Source: Chrysomallon squamiferum (taxonomy: Eukaryota; Animalia; Mollusca). From it: 64,000 bases of DNA. Positions 28,063-41,300 of this stretch are shown piece after piece. Position numbers and translations under genes: made by a program. The stretch covers positions 22,072,001 through 22,136,000 of the forward strand of contig CM022665.1 of assembly GCA_012295275.1 (NCBI GenBank). Direction: 5' to 3'. Every line of letters starts with the position of its first letter. Position 1 is the first letter of the stretch. Under the pieces are notes generated by a model. The model searched no databases. It was not told the origin of the DNA and saw only the letters and a program-made list of their open reading frames with translations.

Positions 28063-28213
28063 CAGTGCTTCTCAAACTATTGTGATGCCATTTACCCAGA
28101 CGTCTTTATCTCAGAAAGTCATTGACAAGCAACTACAGATTTCCATTTGGTTTTTTGGGGTCATTTTCATACAATTTCCTTCACCATTTTATTCAGCAGT
28201 TTAAGAAGCACTG
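28063..28213. mobile_element. Small hAT/Charlie-type MITE, 151 bp
   Basis: TIRs CAGTGCTTCTCAAACT / AGTTTAAGAAGCACTG (15/16 match); flanking 8-mers TTTTAGTA / TTTTAAAA resemble a decayed 8-bp TSD. Confidence 0.7.
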
Positions 28214-30002
28214 TTTTAAAAGACAGTGATAAATTATTATCTTTGTATGTTACAAAATAGTAATGTAACAGGTTGTATGTGAATGAATAAAATGTATTTG
28301 TTGGTCCATTCATGTCTTGTATAGAAAAAAGTAATGTCAGATATAAAAACCTAAAAAGCCTACATGTTCTAGAGGGTTGTAAATTTTAAAATGTTAAAAT
28401 AATTTTTCACTATATTCATTGTTACAACCGATTTGTTTGTGGGTTAAAAAGATGTATTGGAAAGTACTCATGTCTTTTCTTTTAAAGAACTCAATATAAA
28501 ATATTTTCCATGCATATTGTATATTAAGTATTAAAAATTATGAACTTATTTTGTTTATATATTCAAATAAATGTAATGTTATAAAATTCTTTTTTTATAT
28601 TTAAAGAAGAAAAAAAAGTTCCTGCCTACCTACATCATATGATGTACATGTAGATTATTTGGCATAATCTGATTCCTTGAATTTATTATCAGATTAACTT
28701 ATTACTAAATTTGTTATCATTTTCTTACATTGTTTAAACTGAACAAATGTCAGGTTAATAAAACAGTTATTTATGAGGAAAATAATTCACATATATTAAA
28801 GATAAAATTCTTTGTTGTAAAGATGGTCCAAATGAAATGTTGGCAAGTGCCTTTTTGCCAGTGTGACTTTTATCTTCTCATGCATATTGTTATAATTCAT
28901 TACATAATATATATTTATATATTAGTTTCAGCCATTCATTTCCTTAGTGTAATAAAATTATCTTAGGGTTTATCATTATATAATCATTTTAGTTGAGTTT
29001 CATTTTATGATATATCTCCAATCTATTAGCAGAAATTATAAAAAAAAACATCTCATTACCGTATAAGTATGGTTAATATTTTGCTATTAGATATTCAGAA
29101 TTAGAAACACCATTAATATGAACTTAGAAGCCATCTAGTAATCAAATTAACATTTCAGTTAGAATAACACTTCAGTAATGAGGCTTTTTGTATATATTAA
29201 ACTTTGCACTTTTTAATGTATTATATTTGTGGAGTTGCTAATTAAAATTAAAATACAGGTTGATTCTCACAAAGGAAGAAAGAAACCTTGAAAATCAAGT
29301 AGAATTTTAACGAAATAGGGTAGACTAAACTGTACTGCTCATTTATTATACAATGAAATAAATTATCATCTTCAGAGTCCCAGTAGTTAAGGAATGCATG
29401 CTAACAGCTGATGCTACAATGGAAACAAAACAGTAGGGGTTTCATCATGTTTGCTATTCTGGAAGTGTAAATTTATTCAGGTTTAATTGTTGGTAATCAA
29501 CCTGTATATGGTTTTCTTGTTTAATACACAGTAACAAACACTCCAATGTTACATCTGTTATGAATAGAATTATTTTTAATTAAATGTATAATGAAAAGAC
29601 AAGTATCTAGCTATACATTAGCTAAATTTTTGTTAACAATACTTCCACAAAGATTACCTGAAATGATAATGAAATATTGTATATTAGTTTTTAAAAGTTC
29701 AAGTTTGCAGCATTTGTTCTGAAAAGTTTTTGTTTTTGAACAATTGGATTTATGAATTTCATTCTTTGATGACTGTTTCAATTTATTGTTCTGTTTTTAC
29801 TGTTGGGTTATGTCATTTCAATAGTATTTGTTAAATTACTTTTTTGCAAAGTTGCATGATTCACAGTGAAATTGGTTGAACTGAGAAAAGAATATTAAGT
29901 ATTAAGTTGAAATCAGCAGCAGTAAATACATTATGCATTGTTATCCATATTTATCAGCTTTGAAATAAAGAAAAGCCTGTTGATACCATTGTAATCTTCA
30001 AC

Positions 30003-30050
30003 AATAAACTTTCACTTTATAACTTGCTTTGCTGTGTATGTTTTTATTTT
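30003..30050 (+). terminator. Candidate distal poly(A) signal of BAHD1
   Basis: AATAAA at 30003 followed by a GT/T-rich tract; other AATAAA at 27071 and 28286. Confidence 0.35.
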
Positions 30051-30167
30051 TCTATTTTACTGTATTATTGTATTACAACATGACACTCTGACATGCTTTT
30101 AAAAAGCAAAAGTACTAAAAATAAAGTATTTTGCTGCAAGCTAGCAAAGTTATTTGATAAAGTAATA

Positions 30168-30974
30168 CCGTATATACTTGTGTATAAGTCGAATTTTTGG
30201 GAGACTATTAAGGTAATATTTTGGGGGTCGACTTATACATAGGTAATGCTTTTGTAGCTGTTGCTGAAGAGTCGCCATTTTGACTATTATTTGCTACGGG
30301 ATGCATCTAAAATAATCGTGGTCTTTCAGCTTTTCAAAAATATAATTTTATCGTATAAAAATTTTTGAAAAATTAAATAACAAAACCAAATATGAATGTA
30401 AAACATGATATTCTTCCGTTTAATGACATAAAAATACATTTTAAAGCGAGAAAACAGTCAGTACGGCGTTATGCCTTACGGCGTCTTGCAATGATCTAGG
30501 AATGCAGACTTCTCTGCCAAATTGCACTAAATATCGGTCCTAATTTCATAAACAAAACTCACTTGTTTAATAATAAAGAATTTGGTGAAATAATATTGCA
30601 ATCGTCATTAATATCCACTACCAACAAATTTTGTAAATCATAGAACGGCTAAGTATAACGGTAAGTTAGGTCTCCATGTTAGACCTATTACATTAAAGAG
30701 ATACTATTTATGATACATTTAGGCTATAGCACGTGTAATACATGCATTTACGTTATTATGGTATGTTCGTGCAAGTTACAGCTCGTGCAAGTTATGTTAC
30801 AGTAGGCGTACAATGTAGGCCTTCTTGGCAGTGTCACACTGGTCTAAAAATAGTGACGGTGCCTGGAATCTACAGTCGACTTATACACAAGTAATACCTA
30901 AAATGACGCAATTTTTGGTCTTAAAATACACATCGACTTATACATAAGGTCACCTTCTACACAAGTATATACGG
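30168..30974. mobile_element. Non-autonomous Tc1/mariner-superfamily (Tc2/pogo-type) MITE, 807 bp
   Basis: TIRs CCGTATATACTTGTGTATAAGTCGA and (reverse complement) CCGTATATACTTGTGTAGAAGGTGA; TA on both sides; subterminal TCGACTTATAC repeats near 30228, 30877 and 30934; no transposase ORF. Confidence 0.88.
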
Positions 30975-31371
30975 TAAGTATGAAAAATGTGTTATCTTTC
31001 ATTTAAATAAAATCTACATATTTATTCAATAACATTTTTTTTTTTTTTATCTGTGAAGGGTTCTTTTAATTCTATTAACAGCACATGTATTTTGCTTAGT
31101 TCCAACATTGATTGTTTCTCTATAGAATATTTGGAAACAATAAAGGACAATAAACAATCAAGTGAATTATTTATCCAAGTGATAGAATAAAGTTTCAACC
31201 TTTGTCTAAAAAGATTTGGTTTTTATAATCTTTGTAAATTTTAAATCAAATAAATAACAAAATATAAATTACTATAATTATTACTTTATTTACACAAGAT
31301 TGAAAAAAAAAATAAAATAAAAATACTAACAAAAGTCATTTCATCTTCTGTTGGTGTGCAGAAAACCATTT

Positions 31372-34300
31372 TTAATATTTCTTGAGTGTCTTTCGAATCA
31401 AAGCCAGTCTCTGTAATTATAAAAAAAATTAAAAGTTAAAACATGAATCATTCTTCATTACCTATTACATAATTAAAAATTTTTTTTTTTTTTTTTAAAT
31501 TTTAAATCATGTCATTGAATTCTACACACAAAAATGTTATGATTTTCATAAGTACAATTAATTTCAATAGTCTAAGTACAGTAAATACCTGTTTGTGAGC
31601 TTCTGTCACTGTTGATTTCTTCAATGGCCGCAGTTCTTCAGACCCAAAACCTGGCACCCACATATTCCAGTTTCGTTCTAAAAACAATAAATAATTAGAA
31701 TACTACTAGTATTTATTTATTTTTAAACATGATATTTAGTCTTATTATTTTGACATGCTAACAACAATCCACTGAATGCAAAGAAAATATATTTTATATC
31801 CATGCTTTAAAATTTTACATCTAACAAGTGAAGCAATTAAAAGCAAAAAATTTAAAAAACCAACCATATTTATATTTTTTTTTTGGGGTGGTGGTGATGG
31901 TATATATTTAAAGCCTGTCTTTTAATATTTATTAATGAATGAAAAAATAATACCTAAATGTAATTGGACATCCTTCACCTCTAATGTGTTAGATTTCCTG
32001 TGTTTTGCAATCTGACAAGCTGCTGTTACAACATTGTCAATAAAATCATCTGCTATTTGCAGTAGGACCTGTAACAAAATAAATAAAATATATAGTTTTA
32101 AAATATCCTGTGATTTGTTTCATAGTTTTCAAGAACCAGAAAAATGATGATAACAACAGACACAACAAGTTTCAATAAACTTAAAAAATAAAAAAGACAG
32201 CAATACTTTATGGTATAATCAATTAATAATCTATGTATTATGTACACATTGCCATTTAGAATGTACAGACATTCATTTTTGCTAATGATCTAGAATGACA
32301 AAATAAATAAATACTGATAGGGATGCATGGAGAATGATATTTTGCCTATTTTAGAGAAAATGTCAACTAATCTACCTCTTCTACATCATCATCCAACTGC
32401 TCCAAAGGATCCACTTCTTTGACCAGCTCCTGAAGTCTCCTTTTATCCAAGACCCTTCCCTCTCCTGACACCACTCCATTTGCATTTCCCGTGGTTCCAG
32501 AGGTAGGACGTGTTGATATGGTTGGCTGTGGTGCGACACTAACCAGTGGAGAGCTTGATAAAACCATGGTGTTGTCGCCAGGATGCTTGTTGGCTGCCAT
32601 TACCTAAAGGAGTCACATAAACTAGTAGAATTTTTGTTCTAAAGAATTATCATCTTTATTAACAACCCATTAAAAACTGCGTAAACTTTATCATCAGTGT
32701 TTAACAATATTACAGTACATTTTAATATCTGATTATTAGGTGTCAGTCATTATATTTTCATGAACAATGGTGAGATGAAAAAAGAAACTGTTACTGCCAT
32801 TCCAAAAGCTACTCTTGATTAGCAGTAATGGATTTTATATATGCACCATCCCATAAACTAAGGCTGTTGTGAAACAGCCCATTATGTGCATTCAGGAGGA
32901 CTGATCCTGGAAATGGTGATAACTAGATTAATATTAGTACACTGAAGCTTGTAATTAAAATGAACACTATTTAGTTTGCAATAGTTACAATAAATGTGGC
33001 AGAAGGATGACAGATGATAAAAGAAGTTAAAAGCTTTATTTACAAAGAATACATTTTTATTACTGATTCATTCCTTACAAGCAGAATTTTTTTAAGACAA
33101 AGTTAAAAAAAAAAAATAAAGATATATATATTTACTACAATTGTATATTTTCACACAAAAATTTGTTATCAGTGTTATTGCATTTCCTTTTTATTTTTGA
33201 GGGAAAATATACACACGCACACAAAAAGTTGGTAATGTCAGCTACAAAAATAGAAAGAAAAAAAAATAAAAATAAAAATAAATAAATAAAAGATATAAAA
33301 ATTTAAACAAAGAGCATCTGGTAAAGATATTTCAAAGCCTTGACATTTTCAGATGCTGTCATGTTTTAATTAATAAAATCTACTATGCAGCTTTAAACAT
33401 ATTAATAAAACTGATGCAAAATGCTGTCAAATTTAACAAGATAAATGTTCAAGCAGTTAGTGTGTTAATATATAAATGTGTTAGCTTTTCAACCATATGA
33501 AACAAGCATTAGTATTCTTTTTGTCTCAAATTATTAGCATTAATATTATAAATAAAAAATAAAATTAATTTCAAAACGACAACAGAAAAAAGAGGCCAGC
33601 TCTTAAACAAAAAGCAAATAATTATATATAAATAAAATTATTCATTTGAGCTACTTTATATATGAGTGTTTGTTTTCTGTCTACTGAAATTTGAGAATGG
33701 GTTAATTTATATAACACAGTATAATGAAAAATAAAATGTCAATGAAAGTAAATAAAAATTGCAAAACTCAGTTTATTATGAAAATGGATCTTTTGATATA
33801 TCTAACTTAATTTTATAAAATGCTGAACAATGTATTAACTTCACATTTAAATTTGCTTGAATGGGGAGAGTTTATATTTGTTATTAAAATAAATATTTTG
33901 GAAAATGTAAAAAAAAAAAAAAAAAGAAACCCCATACTCACCAAAAACCAACAACACAATTCATTTAAATTTGTCATATGTCTTCAGACAAAAATGCTGG
34001 TTTTAGATAGAATTATCAATGTTGATTTAACTGCCACAAATACTTTATAAAGTTATAAAAGGAAAGAAAGAAAAAAACAAGTATCCCAGCCAAGAAATTA
34101 AAATTTTAAGGAAGAATATTTGAGGAAACCAAGGAGGTAAAAAAAAAAAAGAAAAAAAAAGAAAAGAAAAAAGGAAGAAAACTCCACTCTTCCATTCTGC
34201 GACTGAAATGAATTGATATAAAATATCACAGTGGTGATGTCCAGTCCTTACATGCTTAGCTACAATCTAGACTAATCAGGTTGCATACCACACAATTATT

Positions 34301-35306
34301 CTGATTTTTTTCTGTTTACACAAATCATACTTTTTTTTATGTACAGTTTGGAACTGTATGTGGCAGAACTACCTTCTGCTGTTCTGCTTTAGCTCGCTGC
34401 AGGAAATTGTGCAGCTTAGTCAACTCTTCTTTCTGCTGTGCAGTGTGAGGTCCTGGTCCCAAACGCTAGAAAAATTGAGAACATGTATACATACATTGAA
34501 AGAGTAATGAAGGAAAGTTATGTAAAACCTAATGACAAATGCACACATTAAAAAAAAAGAAAAAAAAAGATACTAATGGTTATTATGATGTCAAAGATAG
34601 CTTTGTTATGGTAGAATGAAAGATGAAACCTGCTGTGATCTTTCTGCAAACTCATACTTCTGATTTGATTAGAAGCAAGGAATGATTTAAATACATTTTC
34701 AGGGAAACAACATGCTAGATTTATAGCTCTGTATGTATGTCAGTGAATTAAGGAAAAGCAATCCTGGGACCCATTAAAAATCATAATAATTTTAATCCTG
34801 TGTGAAATACCGTTATAACTTTTTTTTTTCTTTTTTTTTTAATAACATAATGAAAAATGTAAAAACCTTTTGTTTTTCCTTGAAAACCATTTGTTATTCA
34901 TGTAAAAACAATATATTACTATTAATAACAATTACACATTAAGATTAAACTGTCTTTTGAGAATATCTAACTATAGTTTATAAAGATTTTAAACATCTTA
35001 ATACAGCAAAAAACTAAACATTTAGTTCTGTCAGATGAGTGCAATTCTTTCTGTGTCCTACAAAATGCTAATTAAAAAACTAAAAAAACACACTGTTAAA
35101 ATAAAAACCAAAATCTATAATTAAATCTCTTTATTTACTACATATTAATCAATATATTTACTAATTTTATTTTAATTTATAATCATATTCCAAATATGAA
35201 ATATAAAAATCAGATTTTTCCTAGTGTTCAAGTGGAAGTGAATGCCAATGTAGCTACTAACACACATCAAAAATAAAAAATATTGTTTCATTTTAGCTAT
35301 TATTAA

Positions 35307-35364
<58 letters not shown>

Positions 35365-36188
35365 TCACTAATATCAATAATGAAAAATAAATTTAAAACA
35401 TATTAAAGATTAATAGTAAAATTCATTGATACTAACTTTAAACAATAACTGCATGAATGGCATAATTAGTATGTTAGTCAACTTACTGCCAATTTAATAA
35501 GTTAGGATTCAGGTTAAGGATAAAAGAGTCTCTTTAATAAACATTCCATGCCAAAATATAAAAAATAAAATAAAAAGAAACCATGTTTTCCTACAAAATA
35601 CAAACTGATCTACATTTAGTTGAAAAGTTTAGTGAATAGATCAAAATCATGCTCTGGCTGCAATCAAAGGTAAAACAAACATTCAATAACTTTAGTTAAT
35701 AATGAATTAAAATGTGATTATGTTGGGCTTAAAATATACTTTTGATAGTACTAAAAATAAGGATATTTTATATTTGCTAATAATAAAGTGTAATAATAAA
35801 ATAATGAAGAAGAAGCAATTTTGTAGCTTACTTATGATTTCTGGAGTATTTTTATTTTTACATTTCTTCACAACTAAAAGACAAAGACACTGTACAGCAT
35901 GCTATTTTTATTGTCACACTTTATTTTTAGCAAAGGTTGGTTTGATGCATTCAATGTATAACTACATCATTTGAACACGACTCACCAAAGGTATATTTTA
36001 ACAGTTAAAGTAATTTTGTACATGATGTACATAAATATTCTACTTACTGCTATCTGAGATTCTAGCTGATTGATTGTCTCAGCAAAAGTGGCTGGTCTGT
36101 GGGAGCTGCTCCCTGGGGAGCTGCTGGTGGTTTTAGTGGGAGAAGTACTTGTTATGACAATTGATGCTGTACTCATAGCCTGGTCCAT
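31372..36188 (-). CDS. TAF12: TFIID/SAGA subunit TAF12 (histone fold), long form ~234 aa
   Basis: Exons (minus) 36048-36188, 34373-34465, 32376-32603, 31954-32068, 31589-31677, 31372-31410; phases consistent. [106 protein letters not shown] is the TAF12 histone-fold core. The two N-terminal exons are supported only by splice sites and frame. Confidence 0.95.
32690..32910 (-). mobile_element. Old SINE-like repeat copy in a TAF12 intron
   Basis: GCTACTCTTGATTAGCAGTAATGGATTTTATATATGCACCATCCCA is a reverse-complement relative of the 63100-63150 core. Confidence 0.55.
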
Positions 36189-37599
36189 TAATCCACATGT
36201 TTAGGCATCAAATTAATGTTTTAATTTTGCGTTTAGCTATGCCTGAAAACAACAAGAAATGTATTGATAAAATAAATAGTAAAATCTGAATATTATCAGT
36301 CTATGAGAAAGTCTATTTGTGCAAAACACAAATAAAAAAAAAACTAAAAAAATAATAGTGTCCCCCACTTACACACATATACAAAGGAAGGGAATATAAA
36401 TACAACTGAAAAATAATAATAATAATTACAACAATATAAAAATTACTGAGATTTTTCCATTGGTTTTATCAGTTATCATGATTATATGAGTTTAACCATG
36501 TTCTATTAAATTCTGATTCTGAATAAAGTATAGGAGACTGGTTTTTCTTGGTTCAGAAGAGTTATTTACATGCGTTTTTTTTTTTTTAATGTTCTATGAG
36601 GAACATATTATTCTTCTCAGTCATTTTTGTATTTGTTCATACATATGCTCAATTATACAAGCTGAACCAACTGATCAACATACAGTTTCTGTTCAAAATT
36701 CACTGAACATAGCTTTTCATCCCAAAATGATTAAACCATTGTATTTCCATCAAATCTTACAGATCTAATATAATAAGAACTAAATAAAAAATTTTATAGT
36801 ATATTTTATGAGTTTATTGGTCACTATCATGTTGGATGCCCTTCATTGATGATTTGTGATCAGGTCTTGTAACCTAAATGATGTCATTGGATGATGACTA
36901 TATGTACAAAACATCTCATGCTTATTATTGCTGCTTTTAAACACTATTTATTTGATTATTCGAAAAGGTTGATAATACTCTCTGTAGCTGATATCTCAAT
37001 ATAATTATACTGAAATTTTCATTTTATTGTCATGAAAATCAAAGGAAATACAGGATTTTATTATTATTATTATTCTTTTCCATTCTATAACTGCTAGATC
37101 ACAGAGATTAGGTGAATCAAACTTTTAAAGGTTAAAAACACTAGAGAAAAAAAAAGGTGATTCTTAACATAATTAAAATGTCCATAACTTCCTTAATTAT
37201 TAATCATTTAATGTGTTTTGATCATGTTCAGTGTTGGTTCCATTTTGTTTTTTATTTAGTGCTCTTTATAATGTGTTTGACAAGTTTAATATTTGTTTTA
37301 TAACATACCTTCTACTACTAGAAAGGGCTGATGCTGATTAAAATAATTATATAATAAAATGCATTAAAGCATAAATTTATTATCATACATTCACTGATTC
37401 AGTGCTGGTTCTTTGTATTTATAATAACTTGTAGGCTGCATATATTTTTCTTCTCTTGTTCACATTTAAAGCAGCTTTTTTGAAGATTTTAATATTTTTT
37501 CCCCTTACTGAATCATTGAGAGTGAACATATACAAATAGTGAATACTTTATTTTAAAGCTATGAGTTTAATTGTATACATAAATATCTCAGTAAGCTCT

Positions 37600-38370
37600 G
37601 GGACATTATTCAGTGCTATCGCTTAACAGAATCGACACTTCTTCCTGAATCTGACGCCCTTTTGTTAATCAAGTTAAATACTGAATTTTATCAATATACT
37701 CAATGTTCACAATTTAGTCTAACGTTTAGATTTTGCTAACTTTTGGCTGAGTCGTGAGCGAGTGACTCGAATAACCAACTACTGAAACTTTTTCCAATGC
37801 GAGCATATTTTGTAAACCACTAACTGTGACTAAATGTAAAGGTTATGTAGCCTCATTCTGGAGAAATATCCTGCGAACATAAATAACCAAAAGAGAAAAA
37901 AAAAAACCTTTAACACCATTAAGACACTAATTTCTACTCGTACCTTGTTAGGCTGTGCCATTTTGAGAAGGGAAGTAATTCTTTCGACTGGTGTCGTAAG
38001 CAATTTTTCAAGATAAGAAATCAGTCTATTCTTGTTTATTTCTGAATAATCGAAGTCTGAAAAATAATTATGTAGAGAAAAGTAGAAAAAACATCAGAAG
38101 TACAATGTCGGGGGAAATAATCAATTTAAACGTTGGAGGAAAGAGGTAAACATTGCAAATAAACATGTTAAAGATACCTGATGTCAATGGTTCAATGTCT
38201 TTTATCAGACCAGACGTCTAGAGAGCAGCAGATTGACAGAACTCGGCATAAATCACAACGAAATAAGCATACATCATGAAGTTAAACTGATAAAGTAATG
38301 ACTAATCATTTAGTGTCGGCACAGTTTTAATAATCTACAAGAAGAACCTTTTTTGATTAGAATATAAGAC
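37600..38370. promoter_or_regulatory. Bidirectional promoter shared by TAF12 (-) and KCTD3 (+)
   Basis: The two ATGs (37961 minus, 38105 plus) are separated by 143 bp; CpGs are retained here but depleted in both gene bodies; ETS-like GGAAGT at 37971-37976 and YY1-like GCCATTTTG at 37957-37965. Confidence 0.75.
37944..37961 (-). CDS. TAF12: TAF12 first exon carrying ATG (MAQPNK), phase-0 donor
   Basis: Minus strand reads CAAAATGGCACAGCCTAACAAG|GTACGA within the CpG-retaining promoter patch; strong Kozak/YY1-like context. Confidence 0.6.
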
Positions 38371-41300
38371 GTTTTTGCAAAATATCTTTCTGTTCCATTA
38401 TTGAGGTTTTAGGGTTAGTTTCAGGATTAGAAACCTTTTAGTCAGTTATTGTTAATGTTAGGTCTGGGATTCCTTTTATGCTGAGGTAAAACAGACAAAA
38501 CAACCTCACAAAAGTGATCAAAATGAGCCATAAAGAAGAAAAAAAAAATCACCCCCAATGAACAGTTCTGTTTGATTTTAAATAAACTTCAGTGTTAGGC
38601 ATATTACTACTTAATCTAGAAGTTATATGCCATAGATATGCAGAAGCTGTCAAAATCTTTGTTAGGTCTGTGTTCATGTAAGTAGCATTTGGTTAAAATA
38701 ACAATTCAGCAATAATCTCTGAAAGTACAGATATAAAATAAGCTTTGCTGCAACTTGATAAAATTAGCTTAATGTTTGGTTTGCTTTTTTCTCTCATAAT
38801 TACATGTCAGTCATATTAGTAATAATTGTTCAAAGTTCAATTTGTTTTTCTTTTCTGCAACATCTCTACATCAGCAAGTTGTATTTCTACATGAATTAAG
38901 AAATAGAACAGTAAATAATTTCATCCTTTTTTAATAATTAGTGATCATAGATTATTATAATTACTAGGAAAAATATGTTACTATCACAGATGAAAAAAAT
39001 GCAGTGATATCCATTCCCTAAGAATAGCAACAACAAAAAAAAAAAAACTGAAAAAACAAAACAACTACAGTCACATCTCAGGTGTGATGAAAGACAAAAA
39101 TAAAATAAAAGCTAAAATTAATTATTACTGAGTCAGTTTTCAAAGTATTTATTAATATTAATCATTATTAGCTGTCAAAGATTTATTATATATTTTTTTT
39201 TAAATGACAAACAGGAAACAAGTTAACCACCATGCTTTGGACTTAATTTATTTATTTTTACAGAAACATAATATATTTAGTTTTTATTTTATTTTATCTT
39301 TTGTCCTTATACTTTACCTTTCAAAATAATAACAATAACAACAACAAGAATAAAAGCAACAACAACAATAATAATTTAATACTAACATTTTATGATTTGC
39401 AAATTCATGTTTATTTTCAGGTTTTCCACCTCAAGACAAACACTAACATGGGTGCCAGATTCATTTTTCACAAGGTAGGTTTTATTTGTGAGAAATAATA
39501 ATAAAAGCTCTCCCACCCCCAAAACTCCAGTGGTTATTATAGTTTGAAATGGTTGCATAATAAATAATTATAATTGTAGCTGCTACTCACTGTAAATTTT
39601 TTTTATTTTTTTTTTTATAGTATGCTAAGTGGAAGGATTTCAACCCTAAAAGATGAAACCGGTGCAGTAAGTGGATATTAATGTTTGATGCTGTATAATC
39701 TTAGCATATATTCTGAAATAACATATATATATTTACAGTAAATTAACTTTTTATGTAAATAAATTTAAATAAAGATATTTATGTAATTATTCAGTTTATA
39801 AATTTTTGGACAAACCTAAAAACAGTAAAACCTTTATTATATGTTTCATTTATTATTCATATTTTCATTTTAAAAAGTGCCTTATTAATTTGTTTTGTTT
39901 CAGATATTTATTGACAGAGATCCAAAATTGTTTCAGCATGTCTTGAATTTTCTGCGTACTAAAGACATAATTTTAAGGTTTGTCGTTTATAACTGAAGAA
40001 CATTTTCTGGTTTTAATATCCCATCTGATTGTTTATTATTAAAATTTTCTAATGGAAAATGCAGATTAATCATTTTGAAATGTTTTGACCAAAACATTTA
40101 TTTGTGAACCACTACTTAATGAATTCAGGAAATCTATTTTATTTGTAATCTAATGATTTCATTTTATAAATGGTGTAATTCAGATAGTTTTAGGGTTAAT
40201 GAAACAGTAATTTATATACTGAATACTTTTGTTTTATTTATTTTCAGTAATGTGAATCTGTCGGCACTTAGACATGAAGCAGAATTTTATGGTATTACAC
40301 CATTAGGTATGTCTCTTGTTGTTTATATTTTCCCATTTTAGACTTTTTACTTCATATCTTGTAGCTAAATGTCACTGGACATAATAAAATATAATTGTTA
40401 TGTTCATTTTTTGATCAAATATTATACATGTTTATTTCCTATCATTTGGGTTTAGTAGGTCTGGGTAAAGATATTCCACCAAATTCTGTTTTATTTTGAC
40501 ATTTAATCCGATGTATTGCATCCTTGTATAATCATCTGAATTGCCTGTTTGAGAGCAAAAGCTCTGACATCAAATAATTATTCATATATTTTTATGAAAT
40601 AAATAAATTATTTCTAATTTTCATTTAATACATTACAAAAGTTAACTGCAAAATGTCGGGCTCATGCTAGCAAGTTGATTAACAGAATTAAACAGCATTC
40701 TGAACTAATTATTTTCCTTATTAAACTGCTGAGAACAACTTGTGTTAGAAATATGTCTGATCTGTAATGTAAATTTTCAGTGAGACGTTTGATGTTGTGT
40801 GAAGATTTGGACTGTGCATCGTGTGGAGATGTTTTGTTTCATGGTTATCTTCAACCACCATGTAAGTACATGTACAGTCTTTGAATATGTCATGTTTCTA
40901 AGAAAATTATTTCTATTCTGTGAGGAATTTTAATATCATTTATTAATTAATATTATAAAGTATTGCATTTACAATATTTTTTGTCATGAGCAGTATTTAA
41001 AAATCATATGCCTTTCCATGGAACTTTTAAAGGTTTAACTAATTTTAATTTCTTTTTTTCCAGTTTTGTTTAATAAAAGACTACACATTTTAATTTTTAA
41101 TTAGTGACTGTAATTTAAAATAATTGTCAAAAGAAAAGATTGAATAATGTATTACATGTCTAAATTAATGCCTTTCTTGACTACGCAATTCTTGAATATC
41201 CAATCTTTGTGTTCTTTATCATGGAACCCAACCTGTCACATAATGTTAAAGATATTAATTGAAATTGACTGTGTCAGTGCTTGTTGTAAAGCACAAGGGA

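Noticed and set aside
34580-34790. Possible H/ACA snoRNA in a TAF12 intron
   Set aside because: Could not fold a convincing two-hairpin structure with an H box.
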